Below are positions 54,473 through 63,525 of a stretch of 64,000 nt of DNA, in pieces. Under the pieces are notes generated by a model that was given only the letters and a program-made list of their open reading frames with translations, was not told the origin of the DNA and searched no databases. Position 1 is the first letter of the stretch. Each line of letters begins with the position of its first letter. Both the position numbers and the translations under genes were made by a program. The stretch comes from Chrysomallon squamiferum (Eukaryota; Animalia; Mollusca): assembly GCA_012295275.1 (NCBI GenBank), contig CM022671.1, positions 8,866,001 to 8,930,000 of the forward strand, written 5' to 3'.

Positions 54473-57047
54473 TGTATACAAATATTTCTTTTAAAGTTTC
54501 ATTCTTTCAAGTTTGTTAATATTTAATTACTACATTTTCATGAATCCAGTATGATGCATGGATATCATCTATTTCTACCACTGTTTAAATTTTTGTCATA
54601 AAATCAGGATGGTGAAATACTTATATTTTGTAATACATTCCTTTTTTTCATATGTATTTTCACTCCATTCTTTACCACACAATTTTTATTTTTTTTATTT
54701 TTAAATATGACAAATTCAATTTTTCATGTAGCACATTCAAGGATTTTCTTTTTTACCTTTTAAATATTTTATTAAAAAGTAAAAATAAAAAAAATAAAAA
54801 GGAAAGGAAATGACAAAAAGAACAGAAGAATTTTGTCTTTTTCAGTTTTAATTTTCAGTTTATCATTATAAATTCTCCAATTCAATCATGATGCATTAAA
54901 TCTATGGCTACCAGTATACTGAAAAATTGATCACAAACAAATGAATAATAAATAAAATAATAATCATAAAAAAAATATGTACTAAATAAATAAATAAACA
55001 AAATAAAAAAATTAAAAAAATTAAAAAAAGATGAAAAAAGAAAAGAAGATAGATGTAATTAAATAAATAAATAAAATAAAATAAAAATAACCTTTGATAT
55101 CCTTTGATTTTGAAAAACTCTGATGAACATGATAAAGAGTCATGAGAAAATGAGCTCTGTTAAAACTGCACACTAATGAATGGAGGTCAACAAAACAAGA
55201 GATGATTAGTCAGTGGAGATGGTTAATTAAATATCAGTATCTTCCTACAGCTGGGGTATAATGACTTAGCATTCATTGTGACAGGTTTACTAACACTCGT
55301 ATGTTACTAGCCTTTGACTAAATTCTAGATGTAATTTTCACTTCACTTCAAATTCAAACCAAGTTTTTGTTCTCATTTTAGAAGTACATACATACTTTTG
55401 TAACATTTTAGAAATGTCATTTGTAACAACATTTGTAACAAATTTTTTTTATTTTAATAATAAAATTGACAATAAAACACAATATTCTTAAATTGATAAT
55501 AAAACACAACATTCTTGATTTAAACTTTGATTAAGTATTTAATAAAGTTCTGTTTAAATCTAAATAAACATTAAACCTAACCTGCTTGTTGGTATTATAT
55601 ATTCAAATCATAATATTAGTTTTATTATCAAACTAAATATTCAATATATTATATAAGTAAATAGGATTTAAAAAATTTTTTAAAAAAAAAAAAATTAATA
55701 ATATGTTTTAATACTTTAAACAGAAAAACAGAAAAATAGTTTTATTATTATTCAAAAGGCTGAAACAAAGACCATTAATTCATTTTCACTGAATGACAAT
55801 GTTTTGCATCATGTTTTAATAAAATGATAATTCAGCAAGGGAGAGTCATAGCCACAAGTAATTTTAAAATTTTGTCCTTCTCTTTTCATACTGAGAACTA
55901 AAATTATAACAGCATTTTCATTTCAACTTATTATTCTTTTTTCCCAGAGGATGTTTTATTTATTTATTTATTTATTTATTTATTTTACTATTTCTTTGTT
56001 GTTTTTCATTTTATTATTCAGGATGGTTTAATCAAGAGGAGAGGTGAAAGTCAAGGATTACATATCTTACTTTAATTCGTTTTCTTTGTTTTTTTCTTCA
56101 TGTTTCAGCTAGAAGATTTGGGTTACTACAATGCTAAGAAGCTGGTGACTGATGCAGATATATATGAACTGGATTACATATCTTAGTTTAATTATTTTTC
56201 ATTGTTTTTTCTTCACATTTCAGCTAGAAGATTTGGGTTACTACAATGCTAAGAAGCTGGTGACTGATGCAGATATTTACGAGCTGGACGAGGAAACTCA
56301 GGAAGCTGTCAGACGCACAATTCACTATCTCCCACTTGGCCTTGACAAAGTTGAATTCAATGGCAACCCAGTCAACCTCACTGTCAGCACAATTCATGTC
56401 CCAACCAACATTTACGATAAATGTAAGTCTTTTTCTGATATATTTATTATGTAAAAACATTTATGATAAATGTAAGTCTTTTACAGTCTTATCTGTTACA
56501 TTTATTATGTAAAAACATTTATGATAAATGTAAGTCTTTTACAGTCTTATATGATAAATTTATTATGTTAAAACATGATAAATGTAAGTCTTTTATAGTT
56601 ATATCTGTTACATTTATTATGTAAAAACATTTACGATAAATGTAAGTCTTTTACAGTCTTATCTTTTACAGTCTTATATGATAAATTTATTATGTTAAAA
56701 CATTTATGATAAATGTAAGTCTTTTATAGTCTTATCTGTTACATTTATTATGTAAAAACATTTATGATAAATGTAAGTCTTTTCTGATATATTTATTATG
56801 TAAAAACATTTATGATAAATGTAAGTCTTTTACAGTCTTATCTGTTACATTTATTATGTAAAAACCTTTACGATAAATGTAAGTCTTTTACAGTCTTATC
56901 TGTTACATTTATTATGTAAAAACCTTTACCATAAATGCGAATCTTTTATAGTTTTATCTTGTACATTTATTAAGTATAAACAATTACAATAAATGTAAGT
57001 CTTTTGTAATCTCTTATATTGTGCATTATCTTCCTTTTTATTATGAC

Positions 57048-57080
<33 letters not shown>

Positions 57081-57129
57081 ACCACTAAATTTTAAAGAAA
57101 ATTAAGGAATTAAGATTTTTCAGGTTTTT

Positions 57130-57191
<62 letters not shown>

Positions 57192-58489
57192 ATATTTGTT
57201 TTATTTAATGTAATTCTTGCAAAAAGCATGGCAGTGATCTTATGAAAATTAATTTTGTTTGCTTTGGCAGCTTCAAAAATTCTGAATGGAGTGAAGTGGA
57301 GTAATAACCTTACAGAACAGTTTCGCATCAATGCAGAAATAGACCCAACTTTAACTTGGCAGTATTTTGGTAGTGCAGATGGCTTCTTTAGAATATATCC
57401 TGGTAGGTATTTTTGTGGATTCTTTATTAGTTATGTACTTCATGGTTTCTTTAGAATATATCCTGATATGAATTGATGGCTTCTTTAAAATATATCCTGG
57501 TGCTGTGTTATGTCTTCTTTAGAATATATTCTGATACACATTTTATAGCTTCTTTAGAATACATCATACTATGCAGTTTAAAGTGTCTTTAGAATTTATC
57601 TTTGTATATAATTTATGACTTCTTTAGAAGACATTCTTATACCTTCCATATAGAACATATGAATGTTTTAACTTCTTAAGAATATAATTATCTTGGTACA
57701 TATTTTATGTTTTCTTTAGAATATGTCCCAATTTCTGTGTTTTTTCAAAATGTATTTGCATATATACATATTTTACTATATCTTTAGGATATATTCATAC
57801 ACATATTTTTATAATAAATTTAGGATATATCTTTGTAAATTTTTTTCTTTAGTGTGTTTGATGAATCTATTACAGAAATACTCACACTTGCTACATCTGT
57901 TATAAATTAGAATTAAATACTGGCTTCATTTAAATTTCATTTCACTGAGATAATTAATTATAGTTCAACGACTTTCTTTTTTTTCTCTCATTGCTTTTTT
58001 TTTTTTTTTCCTTTTTTTTAAAACAGGAATTAAATGGCCACGGGATCCAAACAAGGTTGACATGTTTGATTGCAGGATAAGAAATTGGTATGGCATTAAG
58101 TAACACTGGTTTTAATGGCACTAATCTGAATCTCGGCATTAATTGCAGTTCAAGGTTGCTTGTGATAAATCTGAGTTGGCATGCGTTCATTAACCACTGA
58201 TTTCACTGCTTGAGTTAAAAGGAAAAGAAAATTTATTCTAAGTAACTTGTTTGATGCAGATCATTTCAATGCAAGATTGCTTTCGTTGTTTATAAATTGG
58301 AATTTTTTTTCTTTTGTTTTCTCTTTTAATTAAAAACTAGTGCTTTTTAATGTTCTTATTTTTAAAATCTTTCAGAAGTAATGTCTATTTACTGATTTTA
58401 TTTTTTTCTGGGATATGACTATTATTATTATTACTATAATTAATATTTTTATTATTATCATCATTATCATCATCATCATTATTATTATA

Positions 58490-58534
<45 letters not shown>

Positions 58535-61500
58535 TCAGAATTGTTTTGTAGGATTATTAGAACAAAACTATTCCTAAAAGTATTAAATTCTTAATATAAA
58601 ATAAAAACTAAAATTTTTCTTTATTAACAATTGAACATAGATATGTATAATCTGCTTCCAGGTACATCCAAGCAGCCACTTCTCCTAAGAATGTTGTGGT
58701 TCTGTTAGACACTAGTGGAAGTATGAAAGGCTTAAGACTGAAAATAGCACAGAGCACAGTTGACAAAATCTTGGACACTCTGAGCAATGATGATTACTTC
58801 AATATTTTAAAGGTTAGTGCAAAAATGTATACCACAATTCCTGTAACACTTTATACATACATTGTTATAAAGACAAAACTTTTCAGGGAATGAGCAATTT
58901 TAGTGGTGACACTTTTGTCTGGGGAGTAAGAGGTCAGAAGATCAAACCTCTTTTGTGTCCTCACTGGATCTATTATATGTAATAAAGGAATGAACATAAT
59001 AATCTTGAACCTGGCATCATCCAGTATTAGAATAACTGAGACACCCCAAGATGACACACCTTTATGATATATTCTGTATTAAGTGTAATTTTCTGCCTAG
59101 TTTTTTGTTGAAAATAATATTAAAAAAATATAATTAACTAAGTAAGTTTATTAAAATTTAACACACTGCTGGTCTGCACTATGTATTACATATATTGACT
59201 GTAGATTATTTATAACATTTAAGCATTTGGAACAAGTAGTTTTTATTTCATTCAGTTATTCCATTCAGAATGAGATCATTCCAATAAACACAGTTACACA
59301 TCTAGGAGATGTTATACCTAAGATGAGTGTTTGTGTATTTCAGAATGAGATCATAAAAAAAAAAAAGGTTAAAACATCTAAGGAACATTACACCTAAGGG
59401 TTTACTTAGTATGTGAAGTACCACTGTGTTGATTTTAAACTCTTATGCCACATCAAACTGTTACTAGTTTTTATCAGAATGAAAAATTCCAGTGTAACCC
59501 TTTTACTGTTGACACTTCTCTCTTTGAAAACAGTGATGCTCTTTTGAGATGTGTCCTCACAGGAAATGTTACTTTTAGCCTCAACAGCTCTTCTCAGAGG
59601 GAAGTTTCTTCTTGTCCATTCATTTACAGACTTGGAAATCTTTTCTGTCATTTTTCTTAAGTGTTGCATGATGGGAAGAGTGTTTTGTAGAAAGGTTTTA
59701 TTAGCGGACGTGTTTCCATCCACTCAGTGTGCGATTGTTTCCTAGTCCACAAAGATCTTCTCTCACGCTTGTCTGTCACTCAGAATCATGTCCTCATTTT
59801 AGCTTTTACTCTCTTTTTTCTTTAGTTCTTTTCATTTACCCTTTTTATTTTGATTTATATATTTTTTTTTATTTCTTTCATTAATATTTTTTTTTTCTTT
59901 ATATTTTTTCTTTCATTTTGATTTTATTTTTCTTTATGTTTTTTCTCGTTCATTTTATTTTTCTATCACTTTTATTTATCTTTTTTCTTTTTTTTTTACT
60001 TTTCATTTTTTAGTTTTTAATTTCGTTCTTTTATTCATTTTCTTTTTTTTTTTTTTTTTTCATTTTTATTTTAATCATTTGTATTTTCTTTATTTCTTCC
60101 CTTTTTATTTTTTACTGTATATTTTTTTTATTTTAATTTGGATCGTTTTATTTTTTATTTAAATTTTTTTTTCTTTATTGTTTTTAATGTTTTCTTTGTT
60201 TCATTTACTTTTTCTTATTTCATTTAATTAAAAAAAATGAAACCTTTTTCTATCTTTTGTTTTTTCTTTTTCTTTTCTTTTTTCTTTCTTTCCTTTTTCT
60301 TTATATTTTTTCATTCTTATTTAATTTAACTCTTTTTCTTCTTCAAAAAACATTATTTTTTTTCTTTATATCGTCACTCCTTTCTTTCAGTCTAATAAAT
60401 GCTTATTATTAATATTATTATTTGTTTGTTTTTATTTATATATATTTTTCTTTATTTCATTTAATTAAAAATTTTAAAAACCCTCCAAAAATGGACAGCA
60501 ACAACAACAAAAAACATCCCTATCTTCTTTTTTGTTTTTTATATTTGTGGTTCAAGATGTGAACTGTTGGTAACATGAAATATGATTTTATCTTCTTCAT
60601 AACATTTAAGGTTATCAATGAATTTTCTTCATAAAATAATTTTTCATGTCATCAAATCATATTAATTTGATGAATATGCTCATTTCAGTCTCCTTCGTTC
60701 ACATCATTTCTTCTTTAATATTTTATATTTCCAAAAATGTTCATCTTTTCTCATTAATTTCTTTGCCCTCAAAATACAAATTTCTTTCAACTTCAAATGG
60801 AATGAAAAAAATCATCTGATACTACTAATCTTAAAGTTTTTGTTTTTAAATCTGTTTTATTGTTAAATCTTTGACAGTGACAAGGTCACACACTTTCATC
60901 ACCTGTGTGTCAGTAGTTGTGAACTGTTTTCTGTTTCAGTTTTCTGCAAACGTCTCCTATGTTGATCCTTGCTTCAGCAGAACACTGATGCACGCGAGTG
61001 TGGAAAACAGGAAGAGGATACAGAAGGAAATCAAGCAGATTGGCGCTGAACAAATGGCAGATTTCAAAAAAGCTCTGGTTGAAGCTTTCGAACTCTTTAG
61101 GAGTGTATGTAACTCATTTTTTTAAAACGGTTTTCAATTAATTTTAATTTTTGTTTTAATTACATGTTTTTTTAAACTGTTTTTGATTCATTTTTGTTTT
61201 TATGGTGTGCAACTCATTTGTAAATCTGTTTTTTTTATGTAACTCATTTTTTAAATATTTTTAATTAGTGGATTTTTTGGTGGTGTTTTGCATGTAACTT
61301 TTTACAGTCTTTTTAATAAATGACAGTTTTTATTTTATGTAAATAACTTTTTAAAATGTTTTAATCAATTTTGTTTTTACTCTGTGTAACTCACTTTTAA
61401 CTAAAAATTTTAAATTTATTTAAAACATTTTTATATACAGTTCATAATTTAAAATGTTTTAAATCAAATTTTTAATTTTTTGGTTGCTTGTAACTAACTT

Positions 61501-63525
61501 TTGTTTTTAATTAAATGTAACTAACTTTTACAAGTGTATGGATATATGTTTTTATATAGTGCATGTAAAATGTTTTGAAATTTTTAGTAATACTGAGTAT
61601 TCATTTGGAGCAAGTAATTTCAAGTAATGCAATTAATTTTAAGCAGTGTCTATAACTAAAAATTTATCTTTAAAATTTGTTTTGGTGTGCATTTAATTAA
61701 TTTTGTGAATAATAACAAATACTTCAAACTGCATGTAAGAACATTTTAGAAATACATCAAACTAAAGTAAAAATAACTAAGTAATAAAATAATGTGTATT
61801 TTTAAAAAGTAATGAGTATTGAAGACCTGTCTATTTTTTTAAACCTATCGATAATTTCTGAACAAAATGTAACATCTTATGATAAATAATGTTAGAATTG
61901 CATGATGCAGGTAATATATTTAAATGACCACATAATGTGTTCTTAGAACGACATTTTAAGATAATTCCTATTTATTATTTTCTCATTATGGCAGAAATCT
62001 GTTTTTCCTGCTTATTCAGCTTCTTGGTTGAAAAACAACAGTTCTTATTTCATTTCTGTAATGTTATGTTTGTCCTGCCTTTATCACACAGTTGTTTTTG
62101 GCTTCTCATAAACCATGTATGTACAACATGCCCACTCAGTAGTCTAAATTTAGCTTTTAATTAAAGCCCATGACATCACTTGTGATTTATTGTGTCTGAT
62201 CCCTGTGTTTCTTGGTTGTATCAGTTTATTGTTAGGAGTGGCAGGGAACATAAATGATACAACACATCCTTCATACATTCATGTTTTCTCCAACCTTTAA
62301 AACAAATGCAAAATGTCAGTAATGCACATGTGAACTTGAAATAGTTGTAAATGAACTGCCATGACTTTAATGTCAACCCAAAGTGGTTTTAAATTTACAA
62401 GAGTTGTTTACAAGGGGAACAATTCAGGGTATATATTAATTCACAAGAGTAGTTTTACCTTGTTGAGTGCAATAAGAGTAATCAGATACTTTAAGAAATG
62501 AGATAGCCTGTATTATTCATTTTCTTTGTATCTAAAATTAAAAACAAACTGGGTTAAAAAAATTTCTTTCACTTTTGCATCTAAATTAAAAAAAAAACAT
62601 TTACTCTCTTTTTCACTTTTGTATAAACATTTCTTTAATTCGTAGCTAAATAATAAGGTATTTTTAACTCCCACTTGTGTTTATAAATTTAAAAAAAGTT
62701 AAAATTATTTTTCCCTCTTACATACATATATAGATACAACTTAATTTTTTTTCCAGACACTAGTTTAAATAATGATTAAAAAGTTAACTTTCACTTGAGT
62801 GTCTAAATAAGAAAAATTTTTTTTTTTTTGGTTGTTGATCAATGCAAATTACATCAAAGAGGTTGCTAACTTCGTTCTCAGCTCTTGATGCAATATATCA
62901 ACAATTACTGATGAAGAAGATCAACTTGTATGAACTTGTATTGATTTTGCTGTCTCCAAAAGTGATGCATGCAGTACTTGGAGTGATACGTTAAAGAAAT
63001 TTATCTGAGTTTATTTTTTTCTTTCTTTCTTCTGCATAGCACATATTAAAGTGAAGATTTTTTTAAACACAGGATTTCTGTTTTAGAATTTTATAATATT
63101 TCTTTCTTATTTTTTTGGAGTATTGTGTCTAGATATTCATGTGGTGTGTATATATTATATAGGTACAGTTACAAATACACATATATACACATGGAGAATG
63201 CCAGCTTATATCCATATATATATATATAAATATACAAACATAAATATTATGCATATATATATGCATACTATTTATGTTTGTATGTTTGTACATAATTGTG
63301 TGTGTGTTCTTGTGTTGTGTGTGTCTGTGTGCACAGGTAAATGTTATGTTATGTTCAGATTGTTTAAAAGGAAAGTTTTACACATACTTTGTTGTGTTTG
63401 ACCTGTTTTAGGTGGAGCATCAGCTGAAACGCACTCTGTGTAACAAGGTTATTATGCTGATAACAGATGGTGCTCCTGAAAATTACGAGGAAACATTTGA
63501 CCACTACAACTGGCCTAATAAAACT
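34479..63525 (+). CDS. CACNA2D3: Voltage-dependent calcium channel subunit alpha-2/delta (alpha2delta-3/4-like), partial multi-exon gene: join(34479..34595,47532..47600,56224..56422,57271..57402,58027..58087,58662..58812,60940..61104,63412..63525); 5' and 3' incomplete
   Basis: Eight AG/GT-bounded exons with matching phases (0,0,1,1,2,0,0,0) give 336 aa without a stop. They contain alpha2delta hallmark motifs [55 protein letters not shown] (VWA DxSxS), IMLITDGA and YNWP. Paralog assignment (3/4-like) is from recalled similarity to human CACNA2D3, not from a search. Confidence 0.93.
35170..35530. repeat. Degenerate tandem repeat of about 45-60 nt (CACTGTCAGTGTTATTTATATA...TAGCCACAAA)
   Basis: About 6-7 recurrences of cactgtcagtgttatttatata-like motifs. 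Confidence 0.7.
37310..37740. repeat. Degenerate purine-rich tandem repeat of about 33 nt (GAAGGAATATTTGTAATGTAGAAAATTTGTAAA)
   Basis: Periodic atttgtaa motif. Confidence 0.75.
40435..40735. repeat. Second, more decayed array of the same purine-rich repeat of about 33 nt
   Basis: gaaggaat..., tttgtaatgtaga and atttgtaagga motifs shared with 37310-37740. Confidence 0.6.
42095..42415. repeat. Degenerate tandem repeat of about 45 nt (CTCTAGAATA...GTAGACTT...GTTG)
   Basis: tctagaa and gta(g/a)actt recur in alternation about 5-6 times. Confidence 0.6.
43006..43054. repeat. Compound (CT)n(TG)n microsatellite
   Basis: Direct reading. Confidence 0.9.
44600..44760 (+). mobile_element. Degenerate SINE-like fragment
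   Basis: tcaaaggctgcagtaagtctttttctgtctattggaaggtgcatgtaaaa...catctcttgctatt...gagagtaaccca is the best-preserved central domain in the window. Confidence 0.55.
44868..45068. repeat. Tandem repeat of about 33 nt, about 6 copies (TTTCTGAATACAGAGATAMA)
   Basis: (c/g)agagata recurs at roughly regular spacing. Confidence 0.85.
47532..47600 (+). CDS. CACNA2D3: alpha2delta exon (69 nt): [23 protein letters not shown]
   Basis: Long polypyrimidine tract ending tttcag, donor CAG|gtaagt, phase 0/0. Continues EAVE|RISKAAE as in human EAVR|RLVEAAE. Not in the ORF track. Confidence 0.88.
47750..48070. repeat. 35-nt minisatellite, about 9 copies (ACCAATGGCAAACTTCTAGTATGTTCAGATATTTG)
   Basis: Period 35 (47776 to 47811); central copies are identical and the ends are decayed. 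Confidence 0.93.
48378..48738. repeat. 29-nt minisatellite organised as an 87-nt (3 x 29) higher-order repeat
   Basis: tgtgtatgaat(a/g)tgtaca monomers with three variant tails cycle in order; the minus-strand ORFs show a 29-aa period. Confidence 0.92.
50207..50312. repeat. Compound (TTA)n(TCA)n microsatellite
   Basis: Direct reading. Confidence 0.95.
51251..54140. repeat. 31-nt satellite array of about 2.9 kb, roughly 95 copies (TGATGTAGGTGTGTGTTAGTTGATGRATAAC)
   Basis: Continuous 31-nt periodicity with recurrent variants; copy number estimated from length divided by period. Confidence 0.97.
54290..54405. repeat. Inverted repeat: 24-bp stem (54290-54313 with 54382-54405) containing exon-derived sequence
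   Basis: agctggtgactgatatatatatat versus atatatatatatcagtcaccagct. Confidence 0.85.
56055..56186 (+). pseudogene. Partial tandem duplicate of the acceptor region and first 22 codons of exon 56224-56422 (decoy exon start at 56109, in-frame TAG at 56184-56186)
   Basis: 56055-56174 repeats at 56171-56289 with an offset of 115-116 nt. 56109-56161 is identical to 56224-56276. No donor site precedes the TAG. Confidence 0.85.
56224..56422 (+). CDS. CACNA2D3: alpha2delta exon (199 nt): [66 protein letters not shown]
   Basis: Acceptor cacatttcag, donor AAT|gtaagt, phase 0/1. Contains YYNAK and [17 protein letters not shown] motifs of the VWA_N region. Confidence 0.93.
56407..57005 (+). repeat. Tandem repeat (48-73 nt, mostly about 58 nt, 11 units) seeded on the exon 3' end and 5' splice site
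   Basis: aacattta(c/t)gataaatgtaagtctttt recurs; the first unit is the real exon/intron junction. Confidence 0.93.
57135..57187. repeat. (CT)n microsatellite
   Basis: Direct reading; preceded by a poly-A run at 57049-57078. Confidence 0.95.
57271..57402 (+). CDS. CACNA2D3: alpha2delta exon (132 nt): (S)[43 protein letters not shown](G)
   Basis: Acceptor tttgctttggcag, donor CTG|gtaggt, phase 1/1. Contains the highly conserved DPxLxWQYFGSxxGFFRxYPG motif. Confidence 0.95.
57378..57830 (+). repeat. Degenerate tandem repeat of about 35 nt seeded on the 3' end of exon 57271-57402
   Basis: Variants of ggcttctttagaatatatcctg recur about 10 times with progressive decay. Confidence 0.85.
58027..58087 (+). 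CDS. CACNA2D3: alpha2delta exon (61 nt): (G)[19 protein letters not shown](W)
   Basis: Poly-T tract then aaaacag acceptor, donor TTG|gtatgg, phase 1/2. Contains the FDCRxRxW motif. Not in the ORF track. Confidence 0.93.
58420..58534. repeat. (TTA)n/(TCA)n microsatellite
   Basis: Direct reading. Confidence 0.9.
58662..58812 (+). CDS. CACNA2D3: alpha2delta exon (151 nt), start of VWA domain: (W)[50 protein letters not shown]
   Basis: Acceptor tctgcttccag, donor AAG|gttagt, phase 2/0. Carries the MIDAS DxSxS motif (DTSGS). Confidence 0.96.
59795..60470. repeat. T-rich low-complexity tract
   Basis: About 670 nt dominated by T runs and nearly devoid of G. Confidence 0.85.
60940..61104 (+). CDS. 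CACNA2D3: alpha2delta exon (165 nt), VWA domain: [55 protein letters not shown]
   Basis: Acceptor ttttctgtttcag, donor AGT|gtatgt, phase 0/0. Contains YVxPCFxxTLxxA and ALxEAF motifs. Confidence 0.93.
63412..63525 (+). CDS. CACNA2D3: alpha2delta exon (114 nt), VWA domain: [38 protein letters not shown]
   Basis: Acceptor acctgttttag, donor ACT|gtaagt, phase 0/0. Contains CNxxIMLITDG and YNWP motifs. Not in the ORF track. Confidence 0.94.

Noticed and set aside
56109-56186. Mutually exclusive alternative exon
   Set aside because: The copy covers only 22 of 66 codons and has no donor before the in-frame TAG, so it cannot replace the real exon.
56224-56460. Minus-strand 78-aa ORF and alternate-frame ORFs over exons
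   Set aside because: Shadows of the true + strand exon.
59264-59723. Short tandem duplication (ttcagaatgagatcat x2) and overlapping ORFs as a possible extra exon
   Set aside because: Exons 58662-58812 and 60940-61104 join directly with no gap relative to known alpha2delta sequence, and the ORFs show no homology I recognise.
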